Part shown: positions 12,559-27,720 of the stretch, one piece after another
How the letters are laid out: every line of letters begins with the position of its first letter
Numbering within the stretch: position 1 is the first letter of the stretch
Source of the DNA: Epiperipatus broadwayi
Taxonomy: Eukaryota; Animalia; Onychophora
Length of the DNA: 64,000 nt
Direction: 5' to 3'
NCBI GenBank assembly: GCA_028023455.1
Contig: JAQFVV010000001.1
Location: 5,704,001 to 5,768,000 of the forward strand
Position numbers and translations under genes: made by a program
Notes under the pieces: model-generated
What the model was told of the DNA's origin: nothing
The model's database searches: none
What the model saw: the letters and a program-made list of their open reading frames with translations, nothing else

Positions 12559-15500
12559 AAAGTAACCAATGTATTTCTTCATAGACATCTTTTATAGTTG
12601 GGTATGAAAAAAAATGCATGAAATAAAGGTTTGGCTTTTGTACCGAATGCTTTAAAATGATTTGAATTTTCCACATATTTTAATTAAAAATGAAGCAGAA
12701 TTAATACCTTTCTGAAATTTGTTTTCTAAAATGAGATCTGATATATTTTTTTTTCTTAAGATCAAATTTTGATGAATTTGTATTTTTATAGGAAAACAAT
12801 ATTTTTATATTTCTGAAAGGATATTCAAGTTATTTTTTCTCCTCAAACTCATTCATATTCAGAAGATATAATAATTTTCATAAAAATAGGCATTAATTTT
12901 AATTATATTATAACATTCACTTTAACAGAATGTATTTTGATTAATTGGAGTTTTCCTGAGTTTATTTTTTATGTAGTTGCTTTATACAGATTTTATATGA
13001 TTGCCATTCTATATTTTAGTGCATAATTTGATGTATTATCTGATTTACATTCTTTTTTAATAATATTTATGGATAATTTTAAAATAGATTTAGTTGATAA
13101 TCTCCATAGGCCTACAATATAATATGTTGACTGAATTTACTTTTTGATTATGGCTTTAATCAAACTATCTTTTTACCTATACATATAACTCCAGTCTTTA
13201 TTGGATCATGTTTTTTATTAAATTAAGGCAATCTCTGAGTTATGAATTGTCTATGATTAAAGTTTTTATTTCCAATCATTTTGCAACTGTGCTAAAATTA
13301 TTTAATTATAGGCAACTAGAATAAATACTCAATATGTTAATAAGTTATCCAAGAATAAATTTAAAAATCTTTATCATCTAATCAGGATTGGGAAAGTATT
13401 TTTGCTATGAATGATGTTGTTTTGCTTTTTAAAAATTATAGGATATTTATAATTTGATAAGTAATAATAATGTTTTTTGTGAATAATGTATAATTCAATA
13501 GAAAAAACAATCACAGAAATTTAGTGAATTCTAATAAAATATTAAATAATGAGATTAAATCTAATCAAAATTTCAATATTATCAAAAAAAGTTTAACTAC
13601 AAAATTATTTCTTTCAAATGGAAAATGATTAATTCTTTAAAAAATAAATTTTTGCCTAATCAAATTAAATTAAAAAACAGAATTGTTATTTATCAGAAGT
13701 TCAAAATAATGACAAAAAAATGTTGCTGATTTGTTTTTTCCCATATAAGTTAATAGATAGTTTACCAGTGCCAATTAATTTTCTTACGAATTAATGCTAC
13801 TGATTCTCAGTTGTCTTATATGACTTATTGTTTAAATAATATTCATTTAGTTAGATTAGATCATCTAGCACCAAAGATTCTTAAATAAAATAAATTGTTT
13901 TTTATATTTGTTCCTGTTTCTTTATTTAATCTTTCATTCAACATTAGATCATTTCCTATATACTTGAAAGTTTGTATTATTATGGCAATTTTTTAAAAAA
14001 GTGAACCCTTACTTTTTTGATAATTATAGACTAATTTCTAAACTGTTGGGGGAAATAGTGATTAAAAAGAAAATATCATTTCTGCTTAAAAATAACATAT
14101 TATCTGATAATTAGGTGCACAAATTAACATTATTGATAGATCATACGCAAAACTGCCATTTAACTCTGTGTCTTATAAAATTTTAATTAAATGTCTGGGT
14201 AACAAATATTTATGGTATTAGTAATTATTTCACAATAGTTAATCATGGTATGCCACAACATTCAGTCCTGAGTTCTATTTTGTTTTTAATTTATGTAAAT
14301 AATATATTTTTGCTAATTTATAGTTTTGAAAATATTGTTTTCTCCTGTGCAGAATGTTTCAGACACGTATCTTGAAAAATTACTTAATCATGATTTATTT
14401 TTATTAGCAAATGACAAGTTTTTAATTGTTTATCAGTGAATTTGAATAAAACCATTTTTCTTATAAATTTGTTTCTATTCTTTTAGCATCATTATTAGCA
14501 ATAAATATTTTTTTTGCATTGGTATAATACTTACATTTGTGCTAATATATTATTCGTTAAAATTATTATTATTTAGGTGTCCTTATTGATTTTAGATTAT
14601 TCTGGACAAATCATACTAACTTTCTTTATTTTCATTAAGTAAACTAAATTATACATTCCTTTATCTAAATTTTTCCCTTGATCAACTTTAAATTACTATT
14701 TATATTTCTTGTTATCAAAGCTTATTATATTACAATATCTTTATTTGAGGGAAGTGTTCTATTTTTGCAATATCTCATATTGCATTTGCTAGACATTTAT
14801 AAGATTCAAAGAATACTACATGATATATATTTATACCATTATAAAAAGATTTTTGATATTAATTGTAGGAGATCTCACTTAGATCTAAATTTTCTGTTAT
14901 AAATACATGATTATCTACTAAACTTCAACTGATTTACCGAACTTTATCAAGACTTGTAGTCAGAATCACTTAGATATATTGATCCCAAATTATATGTTTA
15001 TGTAAGAATGTTCTTTGAATTTCATATATATTACTTTTTATAAATCTCCACATATATAAAAAGTAATATATATGAATATATGAAGAATGCAAAAAAAGTA
15101 AAGGACAAAATATAAGAATAATACTTCTTTGAATTTATTACATCATTAGTTGTACTATATTAAATAATGTTTCATGTATTTTAAATTAATTTATTACTTT
15201 TATATTATGTTTTCTACTTTATTTTTTATATTTTAAACCCTTTATTAAAAAAATTTTTTTATATGGAGTTTATATTACTATATTACAAACCCAATACATT
15301 CTGAATAAATAAGTAAATTATAACACAAAGGATTTGTTTCCATAGTAGAATTATACATTGATAATAGAAATATCTGGCATATCACAATAAAGATATAATT
15401 TACTAAATATCAGCCTTTTATAGCTACTGTACATGCGCTTTAATGAGTGTTAAATAATAAATGAATACTTTTCAGTGCCTATACAAGATATAGTATTTAA

Positions 15501-18450
15501 AAAAGAATAAAATAAGAAACTCAAAAATAAGCAAGAGTAAATAATTTAACAGAGAATTTCACAGTTAAATTTGATTTTCATAACTTTATAGCCCTTAGAA
15601 TTTGATGAATCAAATATCACGATTGCTAGAATCTTTATCACCAATCTTCTTTGCCCAGAACTTGCATAAACATTTTCCAATTTATTCATATTAATAAGGA
15701 TATTTGTATGAGAGATTTGCATATGAAAATTATTTGTGCTAAGAGTTATTCATCTTGATGACATTGTTTTATATCTCATGGAGCTGCAATATATGAGTTA
15801 ATAAAAAAATTCTGTCAACAATTTGATCAAAGTAATAATTTCCCTCGCTGTTAAAAAAGTATTACTAGCTTGTTTTTTTAAATGAGTTAAATTTTTTGGT
15901 CTCATTTGTGGTCTGGTAACTAAATAACTTATTAAATAGTTCAAAACCTTAAAATAAATTTAAAAGATCTAATCTACTATTGATCCCTCTATTAAAGGTT
16001 TATTATTATTCTTTGAGTTGGGATAAATCTTGATGAACAGTACACTAAATAAATTTAATACATTACTAACTATCCATTACAACACAACATAATTGATGCT
16101 AGCATTTACATCAAGAACATGAGAGACTCTAAAATTTCTATGGTTTGTTAAAGGCATAATTTTTGGTCTATATATATAAAATATGACTTATGTGATTCAG
16201 TGAAATGGAGTTAGGAATTTGGAAAAAGTTACATATTTGCAAATATATTTTTTATTATAAATAGATTGCTGGTTTCATATTAATAGATCAAATCTTAAAT
16301 AGCAACATATACTTTCATGAACAATCTTAATAAAATTGCAGAAGTTCAGTAGGAAATAAATAAATGATAATATGTTTAAACTTGATTAGAGAGAAAGTAA
16401 ATAATTTAGTCATAAATATAACTTTGATTAGACTAAATATTTAAAGCTCAAATATTACATATAGACACACACAGACATATTAAATTATTGGTGTGGGTGC
16501 ATGTTTGTGTGTGAAAGTCTAATATTTTCCAACATTAATTTAATATTTGAAAAGATAAGTTTATTTTTAAAACATTTTTATAAATAATTTTTCATTAATT
16601 AAAGTTGTTTACTTTTATTATTAAGTTTATTTTAATTAAATATGTTTTTCAAAACAAGGAGAATAATTAGAATTTGAAAATGGAAAAAACAACTAAACTT
16701 GTTTTCATTTCTATATAAATTTAAAAAAGAAAGAAATTTAAAACATATTGTTTTATATTTTGAAATTTTTTATCTCTTGAAACTATATAAAAATATTTTC
16801 TGTTCAGTTAATCTAAGTAACTTTTTCTATGTTAATCTGACTATAGGACAAGCTAAAGGTTAAACGTTTAATTATTTTTCCTATAGTAATTAGTTATTGG
16901 AAAAGATGTTTGACTGCATTTGAATTCAAGTTATTATGAAGCATCAGAAAAACCAAATGGTAAATTAAAATTTAATAAGTAAAACAAGAGTCATAAGCTA
17001 TAATTGGTATCCTGTGTATTCTCTCAGCTACAGTCCAATATTTTTCCAATAAATACGTGAAAGGATTCACTAAAGTTCCAGAAAACTTAATATTTCAAAT
17101 TTCCTATTATATAGTACTTTGCATAAGAAAATTAAAAGATTGTCAGAATTATTAAAAATATTCTGGAGTTCAGAGATGATTTGCCACAAAAATCTATATA
17201 CAAAATCTGAAGTTACATTACAAGTTTAAAATGACTTACTTAGATACTGTACATTATTTATTTTAATATGGATTTCTATTATTGCTTTAACTATAAAATT
17301 AATTTCTAATTTATCATTAACAATAAAATTATAAGCTTTAATTCAGACTAAAATGTAATAATAGATGTATGAAGAACATATAGAGAAAAGCCTTCATTTT
17401 TAAACAGTATGTGCTTAGCTGACTTTCAAGATGTAAATTAAAGTTTAGCATTCCCCAGCCAGAAGCAAACTCTTTCTTCCTTGCTACCCTTTCAAAACTA
17501 CAAAAGAAAGACAGAATGCTCTCCTCAAAGTTTCTACACGAAAAAACATGGAAACTTCTCAAAATACCCTAACTACAAAATGACATCAATCCTAATGATT
17601 GATAAATTATATAACAGGTAAAAGAAACACACAAATATCTGATTAATGTATGGACATAAAAATGTCCTAAACACACACTAATTTTTCTCTGATCTACGAT
17701 CTGACTAAACAAACAAATCAGATCTCATCTCATTCTACACAAACTCTTGGAGAACCTATAACAATATACACATACATAACTATCATTGAAAACATTTGTA
17801 TATACCTATTATTAATAAACCTAAATTTTTTAAATAAAAAAAAAACTATGACTTGTAATAGTCGAAAGCCAGCTAAGGACATACTGTTTAAAAATGTATT
17901 TTATGAAAGATTTTCTCTATATGTTCTTCATATATCTATTATTACATATTATTGCTTTAATAAAAGAAAAAAAAAATTTCAAAATTTAATTGTATATGTT
18001 TATCACAAGTGTAATTTTCTTAACTCACTCTTTATTAATTTAAATTTATTAAAAATATTTATTTTTACTTTACAATAATTTTTGATGTTATGTATGGTCA
18101 AAAGTCATTTCAAAATATGGAAAGATTTAATAGAGGGGAAAGTAATTCCAATGTTATAGCATTATGTAAGAAGATAATCATAAGTTTAGAGAAAATTAGT
18201 CATGCATACAATTTGAAATGTGTTACTAGAAATTTATTATGAGTACTAAGATATTTTTTATGTTAGATTTATGAATCTTAAATTGTAATGTTATGGTATT
18301 ATTTTCATTCAAAATCAAAAGAAATACAAACAAATTTTTAATTATACCCGGGTCTCATTTTATGCGGATTTATTTAATGCGATTTTGAAATTATGCGATT
18401 CATGTTTCTTCCTAATATTTATGTATGCGGTTTTCTTTTATGCGATAAAA

Positions 18451-18574
18451 ATTATTAGATCAGAAGTTGAGCTCTGATAATGCGCTATTACTTTAAATAT
18501 TATAAATTTCGCGCACTCACACGTCATATTTAAAGTAACAGCGCATTATTGGAGTTCAATTTCCATCTAATAAT
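18451..18574. repeat. Fold-back with ~50 bp imperfect arms inside the Tigger element
   Basis: ATTATTAGAT...ATAATGCGCTATTACTTTAAATAT versus ATATTTAAAGTAACAGCGCATTAT...ATCTAATAAT. Confidence 0.75.
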
Positions 18575-18848
18575 TTCAATATTTTCAGCACTTTATAATA
18601 GCACTGTAATAGATTTTATGCAATAAAGAAGTTCATAATTCAATTAAACTCAGGATTTCCCCATTTATATACACACATTAAATTTTACAAGATTATAATG
18701 TAACTCTGTTCAAACGTTATAGATGTCTATACTATGCACATTATTGTTTTTGCATTTTAAATCACATTCTATTTTTGCTTTTTAAAAAAAGAGTACGTAA
18801 TCAATTAATCATTTAGTGTCCGTAAGTTTATTTTTAAAAAGTGAGTAA

Positions 18849-19051
18849 CAGCGGTGGGCACAATTAAATTTGACAATTAAAAATTAAAATCTGATTTTTA
18901 ATTGTAATTAACAATTTTAAAATTATGTAATGTGATCTGAAATTAATTTTATGTGAAACAATGAAATTTAATTTTTAAATGGAACTGAAAATTAATGACA
19001 AAAATAAAAATTTAATTTTTGTTAGTTTTAATTAAATTTTGCCCAACAGTG
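18849..19051. mobile_element. hAT-type MITE nested in the Tigger element
   Basis: Imperfect TIRs CAGCGGTGGGCA / TGCCCAACAGTG; 8 bp flanks GTGAGTAA and GTAAGTAG (6/8 identical). Confidence 0.6.
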
Positions 19052-19299
19052 GTAAGTAGGTGTCTTTTTATTATCGTAAGTCTAAGTTCTTATTTTTATT
19101 TTAAACTTTAAGTTTACCCTAATGGAGAGGAAAAAATACCCAGGAAAATGAATTTCTTTGGAAACAAAAATTTCAAATTTAGATTATTTAGCAAAATGAG
19201 AAGATCAGCAGCGATTGGATAACATTTTAGTTTAGGCAAATCCATTATAAGAGCAATTAAAAAAAATGAGGTTGGTGCTAGTTGTATTTCCTCTTGTGA

Positions 19300-19600
19300 A
19301 TATACATGTAAATGGAAAAATATGGGTGATTTAGTCTATAAATTGTGTAAGGAAGGATAGAAAATATTAGGCATTTGTTAATTGGATGTAAATGCCTGAA
19401 AACAGAAAGGGTAGAAATAATGAAGTTATGGAAGAATAAATATGAAAAAAGTGATTATACAGAAAGTGGATTATTGGTTTTTATGCTGGGTTTGAAAAAA
19501 GATAAGGGGGATTTAGATATAAAGGCTATAGAGTTGACAAAAATTATGTTGTGGAAATGAGATGGAGCAGAATATAGGAAAATTTAGAGTGGGAAATGGA
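19300..19600 (+). mobile_element. 3' fragment of a non-LTR retrotransposon nested in the Tigger element
   Basis: Translation reads LCKEG*ENIRHLLIGCKCLKTER, a decayed LINE C-terminal CCHC motif. Confidence 0.5.
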
Positions 19601-22600
19601 AAATAAAGCTAACAGGTTTCTCTGGGAATTGTTGCTGAGAGATTCCTGATTCCATTTAAGGAGAAAACCATAATGCATCACATCACATCGACAAATCTGA
19701 TGTCTTACTAATTCACAAACGAATCTGCATATCGTCAAATAGCGATAATGATTAAAATACTGTACATGTATGAAAAAATGTAAAATACTGTAAATTACAC
19801 ATAAAAATATATTGTTTTGAATAAAATTAAATATTGTAGTTAATAATAAAAGAAAAAAGTATGTCTTATATCAATTTTTTCCAAATTTGAAACTTTTTAT
19901 TAGTCATATTTTATTTTCTTATTTTTTTATGCAAATTTTAAAGTAATTTTACGCTGTTGCTTTGTTTTTATGCGATTTTTGAAAATTGCAGTATCTATCC
20001 CCCATTTTTCAAGGTAAATTAAGGTTATTTTTGTGCAATTTCTTTTGTGCGCATTTTCTGAGGAACCTATCTACGCCATAAAATGAGACCCAGGTGTATT
20101 AAAAAAAAATTAAAAGGATATGCTGAATAATAAACATGATATATCATAAAAAGATTTATATTATAAATATCTAGATTAAAATTAAGCTGAAATTAAATAA
20201 CTTTTTTAAATTACTAAAATAAAATTTGTTTAACATTAGTGTATAAATATCTGCATATGAATTCATTTTGGTGATAAAGAATTTGACTTACTAAGTAGAT
20301 ATGAGATAAAAGTGTTATGAGTTATTAATTTTAGAAAAAATTATAGATATATTTGAAATATATAAAATTGCTTATAATTCCATATATTTGTTTTAATTAA
20401 TGTATAAAAAAAATTTATACCTTATTATCAGTATTGTATGTGGTTGATATTAATCATAGTTTTGAACGGAAGAATAATTTAAGAGATTGAATATAGAATT
20501 ATATATAAGGTAATTTTATAGAATAATAGTGATTATAGTGTAGTTATTTATTATTTGATGTAATAAATATATTTACCATTAGCCATGCCCATCTGTGTGG
20601 GTGAAAGGAAAATTCACTGCAAATTTATTTATATTTTTGCCATGGATCATTAGTATGCCCTGTATTCTGAGCCACAGTGAGATATTTGAGAAAATGAATT
20701 TATGAGCACTGTAGTTATTAGATAATGATTTATTAAAATTTTTCCATATGCAATGAACATACCTATTATACATGCATATGAAGATGCTTTTATGATAGTA
20801 TTTTATATCATGGTTTAAATGCTAAATGAAGATCATTGAGAATTTTCATATGTATTTAATTTTATTTAAGGGATGTTGTTTGATGATATGATTATATCTA
20901 CTTCTTAATAATTTTAATTAATTAATTCTATTTATAAAATATTTCAACTTTGATATATTTAAGTTTTGCCATGCAAAGTGGGTAATATAATTAAATATTT
21001 AATTATTATGATTAAGAAGATTTAAAATTAATAATTACGAGATTCAAAAAATTTGTGAAATTTTGAAATAAAAAATAATTTCCAAAACACTGTATCTAAC
21101 TTGCAAACATATTCATGTTAAGTTTAAAAAGACTGTGTGATGTGTTCACAACGTTATTAGTATTACATTAGATTCAAGAAAATTATTATTATTATAATAG
21201 ATGAACATATTAAGTTATAGTTGTTTTAATTATTTGGAAAATAAGAATTAAGCAGCACAAAAATTAAATACTATTGTAGATCACATAAATAAACTTGAAA
21301 AATGAATTATGCAAAGAAAAGAAACAATATATAATAAGAATAATCTGAGAAGTCAAAATCATTTAAAACTAAGAGATATGAACTAAAAATAAAAGCAACC
21401 CCAAAAGTAACCCCTGGGAATAAATTTTTATATATGAATTTGAAGTGTAATATTTTGAGTAATCAACTGATAATGGAATTGTACATAACTGCATAGAATA
21501 AATGTGTTATATATATTAAATTAATATCCTCTTATGGGTGTTTTCTAGTGGTAAAAGATTTACAACTTCCTAATCTATGCTGGAAATAAATGGCAAGATT
21601 TAATGATTATAGGATGAAAAGAGATATTTGAAGAAGAATCTGGAGAAAATAAAAAGTATAGCAAGATAATAGTTTAGTATTTTTCTTATTGTTTTGATAA
21701 CTAATATTATTGTGAAATTGAAGTACACCATCTAGATCCAAAAGTAAAGGATGCACATTAAAAGAAATGGGATTTAGACTCAGTTTTAATTATCCTCCAG
21801 ATTTTAGAAGAACCTGGCAGCATCCAACTAACCTTAATAGATACTGAATAAGTATTAGATTAACTTTAACTTATAGCATCTTCCGTCCAGCACATCAGGC
21901 ATACAGTCTGACTGTTACATTATATATACAGATGATGAAAACATTTCTGTTTTCAATTTTGATTAAAATTTCCAGTCATGAAATTTCCAAGACAACAACC
22001 AATTAAAACTAGTTATGCAAGGTTGAAATAATAGTAAACAATAGAACATGGTCTATATTACTTTTAAATAAAGAAGAAAAGATTTCATATTTAGTGTACA
22101 TGCTAATATAGTTCTAGAAAACTAAACATAAGTAAATCATTAAACTTAAAAAAAAAATGTTTGAATATTCACACAGTAAATAATCCTCATAAAATTTCTG
22201 TATATATCATTTTCAAAGCACATATTTTAATAGAGTATATCATCAGTAATTGGGAAAAAACACAAACATTTAAATTTATTTAATCACTATAACTTTTTAA
22301 TTCTGTAAGGAATTATTGTCCAATTCAGAAGTTGTCTTAAAAGTTCTCCAAATTATTTACAATTAATGACAAATATGATTTGTAATTTCACAAATTCATG
22401 ACATACACAACAGAAATTTTTCAGAGATACAATGTTATAAGTTTAAGAATTTTCATTCACATGTGGTGAAATTTTCTTAATTCAATGCTATTTAGATCAC
22501 ATCATTTTTATAACAGGACAGTATTATTCTATTGCCTATTTAGATCTTAAAAATGAATTATATTACATTTTTATACAAATAAATCAGTAAAATAACTTGG

Positions 22601-25600
22601 AAATTTATAACAAGTTCCAGCATGGAAGTAACAAAACTGGGCCACAATCCCTGGATCTTGAGTTCCAAACTTCACTTTAATATTGCATCAAATCACACTA
22701 ACAATAAATCAGTATATATTCATTAATAACTGGGACTAGATGATTTCAAATAAAAATGAGTTATTCATACCTATGTTTATCATCTGTTCAGAGAATACAT
22801 TTATTATATTATAGTAATCATAAAGATTTAAAAAATTTTGTCAATGTATTTGTGACAGCTTTTTGGGACTTTCAATGTTCTTCTAAAAACATAATGGCAT
22901 AGCTTATCCACATTTTTCATGAGAAGCAACACATGATATAATCAAAATGCTTTTATATTTCAGAGTGTTTCAATATAAAAAAAAAAAGCAAAGTTATTCT
23001 AATAATTTTGATTTATAATTTTATCAAAAAAAAAAAAAAAACTTCTTTTTACAATATAAAAAAGTTACTCTTATTTTCAGTGTTTAATCAGTAATATATA
23101 TATACAATTTTCACATATAATATTCTAAAATTATTGCAACACTTACCAAACTTTTTGCAAATATTCTAATAGTTTTGACAGACTTTCAGGTTTCATGAAA
23201 GAAACTTCATTTTATAACACAAAAAGAATACAAATTCTAATACTACTGTCTATAACCTTTATGTCTTTTATGCACATTAAAATAAAAGAACTGTGATACC
23301 ATGAAAATTAAACAATGTGTAAAAAGGAAACATATATTATTAGACAATTTATTATTTACACTTTTCACAACTATTGTAAGGAATGCAATTCTTAACTTAG
23401 AACTTAAAAAATTTGGGCAGCCTTATCATATTATTCACTGCAGAAATGCATTTGAACATTTTAGGATATAAGATTCAATCCAAAATGTCGATGAAACTAT
23501 TAAATAAACATTATTTCTAGATAACAATATCACCTTCCAAGATAATAATACTCTATAATACTGGCATACAGTCAAATATTACCTTAAGAATAAGAGAATG
23601 ATGCTATTCATCACAATGGTGTTCCTAATTACTTGAAAATTATTATAAATAGCAATTATAGTTTAAATATTAAATAATTTCTTCTCTCATGGAATACAAA
23701 AAGTTCTTTATTAAAATAATAACCATCCTACAATTATTAAAAATATAAAACTGTTCCTTCATTTTGTGCAACAACTACATATATATGGCAATAAATAATA
23801 ATATGTTTTACTATTATTTTATTATTAGTTGATCAAACTGATTTTTTTGAAATATTTTTAAAAATTGTAAAACATACTTTACGAAGATATATTTTTCATA
23901 TCATCAACTTGAGAGTTACAAGAAAATTTGATATTATGAGATAAAATTTTAAGTACTTTAACCGAATCTTGAGAAGTTGGCTCAATAATTAGTTACATGC
24001 TAGTTTATTGAACTAAAAATGTCAAATCAATTTTAGATGAAGATATGAAAATATTTATGAATAAAATATAAAACAATCTCTTTTATGTTATCTTACATTC
24101 TTTTGTACTCTAAAAAATTAATGAACATTAATTCAACTTTAGAAAACCATAATAAATGCAAGCTGAATTTTTCAGTAAAAAGAAAAACTTCTAATGACTG
24201 TTGAATGGTATATTTAGTAATAAATGATGTTTAGTGTTAATTTTCTTTTGTAAATAAATCAACTGCAGATATGTTTATATCAGTGTCATATGAATCTTTG
24301 TTATGACTTAAGTAATATTAAAATTTATATATTAATTTACTATTGCATTCTTTAAAATAATTTAAAATATTATACAATCAAATATATATTTATTTAAATT
24401 ATGTTTATTTATAATTATTTAAAAAAATTAAAGGACTCTTTACTTATACAAACTGTCATACTTATGTTCATGTTATAAATAAAGTGAACATAAATATTAT
24501 AATTTTATATTTTTATAAACTGACAAATAAACATACATTATAGATGTGTAGTATAAATCAACAGTGAATCTTTTGATATAATTTGAGTAACAATAATAAA
24601 GGGTAATTTATCACTTTTATAAATCTTTTAACATTACAATCTAAAATAGAAAGGAGACATAATATAAATTCTAATCGAAATAAATTTTTTTTTAAAAATG
24701 TTATCACATAAAAAATAAACTGATTTCATTGTAACTTTTTAAGATCATAGTAGAATTATTTATATAATGATGAGAAATAAGGCTGAAATGAAAATAACAA
24801 TTATTTTACGATTTTATGCAATTTAAAATACAAAACAATTATCTTTTTTTTTTTTTTAACTATTTCTCTTTCTTCTTCTTCTTTAAATGCTGCTATAAGT
24901 GCTTATTCATTTAAGTTATATAAATGACTAGAACAATTAAGAACATTATATTTTAATTTACATTAGGAAAAAAATTATAATTTTAAATTTGTCAATACTT
25001 GAACAATCATTTAATTTAAATATAAAACAATTACTTCTCTTCACTAAACAGTCCGCTATTTATTTAAAAAAAAAAAAGTTTACTTTTGATTTTTCAAGCT
25101 TTTTTGATATGCTGGTTGCTATGCTTTCCTAAAGTGTTAAGCACACAAATGTTGATTCTCTGTTTTAAATGTATGATTTAGTACAGTAGCAAGCTGAAAG
25201 ATTCCTAAATCAATTCTCAAAAGTATAAAAAAAGAAAAAAAATCATTTCAATTAATCAAATAAAATTGTTGCATTAAAACCTATCACTTAGGAATTTAAA
25301 CATTACTTGACTTCCTGAGCAATTAACCATAAGATTACTTTTTTCAAGACATTTTCATAGAGATTTATCTTATTTGAATTGCAAATTGAAGCAGAAAAGC
25401 TTTTATATCTAATTTCTAAAATCAAGGCAGCTTGAGCCATGCTATAAAGATTATTACTATAAACATTATAGAAATTTGATACATTAATTACTACTCCACT
25501 TTCTACAATAATACACTAATTCTTATTCATTTTTTGTCTATGATATCTGTTATTTTAACATAATAAAAATCAAAATCATACAGTTAGTTGCTCAAAAGAT

Positions 25601-26888
25601 GAAATGATGCTCAAGATAACCAGTCTGAGCTCTTAACAGTTCAATTAACAGATTTTTTTTTTTTACTTTCATCAGCTGGAAATTGGTCCAGGAACATTTA
25701 AATCTTGAATGCATTCTCACCAGTGCACAATGCATCTTGTCAAATTAATAATCAAACACATCCATCTAAATTACAATTTAAGATTACAAGAACATGCTTT
25801 AATCTTGATAACAGCTTTGTGTCATTATTCTGAGACATCCAAGATTCTTTTTTGACTATTCTTACAATATAGGACAGTTTTTGTTGGTTAAAGAGATCAT
25901 TTTTGTTTTGACAGCAACAATCATCTTACATTTTCACATAATAACACAAAATGTGAAAACTTTTTCCTTAGAATTAGTTTTTCTACTTGAAAAAAAAATT
26001 TTTTTTTAATCCATGCAGCTTATCATATGATAGTTGATCAAATTTTAATTATTTTTATATTTGTTAAGTTTAACAACATTTTAAATTTCTTATTAATGTC
26101 TGTGCTTTATGATCTAGTGGTTTTAATTATTCCTAAAGTGTTTTTTGCTTATTTTTCAAATGAAATTTTATTTCGCCAAGCTTTATTAGATACCAATTCA
26201 GCTATTTTGCAGTTCACAATCTGGACGATGATCATCAAATTATTTCTGTGGTTGTTACTACACAATTCACAAACTAATATTCATTTGATTTCCATTAAAA
26301 TATATTACAAAGATTTATTCTTATAAACAATTATTGTGAATAAAAATAAATATGAAACCATTTTTTCTCACTATTATATTGGCTTATATTAGAACACCCT
26401 GAAAAGTTTCTTCTGAAACTTTTTGGCAGGGACTATTTTTCACTAGTATTCATAAAATTAATATAATAATGAGATAAGCCTGTTTTAAAACTAGTTATGT
26501 ATCTTAATAACTATAAGATTCTTAGAAATGATAACGTCACTCACATTCTTTTTATATCTCTTACCAAGAACAATGATGACATTTCAGACTTAAATGATTA
26601 TTCACATTAATTAAATTTACTTATCACATGATTACCATTCTTTATGCTTATATAAGCTGTTTTTCACAGAGGCAAAACTCTCCATAGAGTAGCGCCACTC
26701 AATGTAAGCCAGAGTAATCAATGGATGCAGGAAGGTTTGTGCATAAATTCTCTATCTAGTGTCTACTCATTCAATAGCCCCAGACTAGTTTCTAGCTTGT
26801 GGCTTTCAGCTAATGAGTTTAGCTTGAAAATGTTATTGCGTTTTCATTTTGGACTCAAAGCTTTACAGTTGGCTATGTGCAGTACTTT

Positions 26889-26953
26889 CAGATTCAAGGC
26901 TCCTCACTGATAAAAGCTATAAGCTAGAAACTGGTCTGGGAATATTGAATGAG
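26889..26953 (+). ncRNA. Type I hammerhead, core CUGAUAA (G8A, probably inactive)
   Basis: UCCUCA-CUGAUAA-A-AGC uauaa GCU-A-GAAA-CUGGUC-UGGGAA; distal helix AUUCAA/UUGAAU. Confidence 0.7.
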
Positions 26954-27342
26954 TAGGCACGAGATAGGGATTTTATGCACAAACCTTCCTGCATCCATTG
27001 ATTATTCTGGCTTGCACTGAGTGGCGCTATTGTATGGAAAGTTTTGCTTCTGTGAAAAACAGCGTGTGTAAGCATAAAAAATGATGATCATGTGATGTTT
27101 GATGGTTTAATACCGATCCTGCCCAATAGAATTATGGTGACTGTGGTTATTAAAGAACTAAAGACACCAAAAAGTATAAATACTGAACTGAGTTCAGATC
27201 TATATAATTGTACAAGCTAATGAGTTTAGCTTGAAAACATTATTGTGTTTTCATTTTGAACTCAAAGCTTTATAGTTAGCTAAAAAAGTAAAAGGTGGCT
27301 GTTGGAGATTTGCATTAAATCCTAAGATCTAGGTGCAATGCT

Positions 27343-27409
27343 CTCAGATCCAAATCTCCTCACTGATGAAAACCACAAGTTAGAAACTAGTCTGGGAATA
27401 TTGGATGAG
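27343..27409 (+). ncRNA. Type I hammerhead, core intact
   Basis: CUGAUGA-A-AAC cacaa GUU-A-GAAA-CUAGUC; helix I UCCUCA/UGGGAA plus AUCCAA/UUGGAU. Confidence 0.75.
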
Positions 27410-27720
27410 AAAGCACTAGATAGGGATTTTATGCACAAACCTTCCGCATCCATTGATTATTCTAGCTTGCACTGAGTGGTGCTATTGTATGGAGAGTTTT
27501 GCATCTGTAAATTTACTTATGTTAACTATCATTGAAGAGTATTGTAATTCTATCTTTAGTTTCATAGAATTGCCCAAAAAGTGAATAATACTTTAATTCA
27601 TTATAAGGATTACAAACAAATTATAACTTGGATGCAAATTTAAAATTTAAAGAAACCTCTATCTATTATACCTAAGAAATAATATTAGCATATATATATA
27701 TTAGATATGGTAAAACTTAC

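Larger units (their letters stand above)
18345..20096 (+). mobile_element. Internally deleted pogo/Tigger DNA transposon
   Basis: TIRs TACCCGGGTCTCATTTTATG / CATAAAATGAGACCCAGGTG, TA at both ends, sub-terminal TTATGCG motifs, and a decayed CENP-B-type HTH (ISLETKISNLDYLAK...SAAIG*HFSLGKSIIRAIKKNE) at about 19140-19270. Confidence 0.85.
26625..27507. mobile_element. Hammerhead retrozyme family 1, locus A (inverted arm plus tandem units)
   Basis: Minus arm 26625-26808, plus arm 26809-27507 with two hammerheads 456 nt apart; exact TSD TAAATTTACTTAT at 26612-26624 and 27508-27520. Confidence 0.9.
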
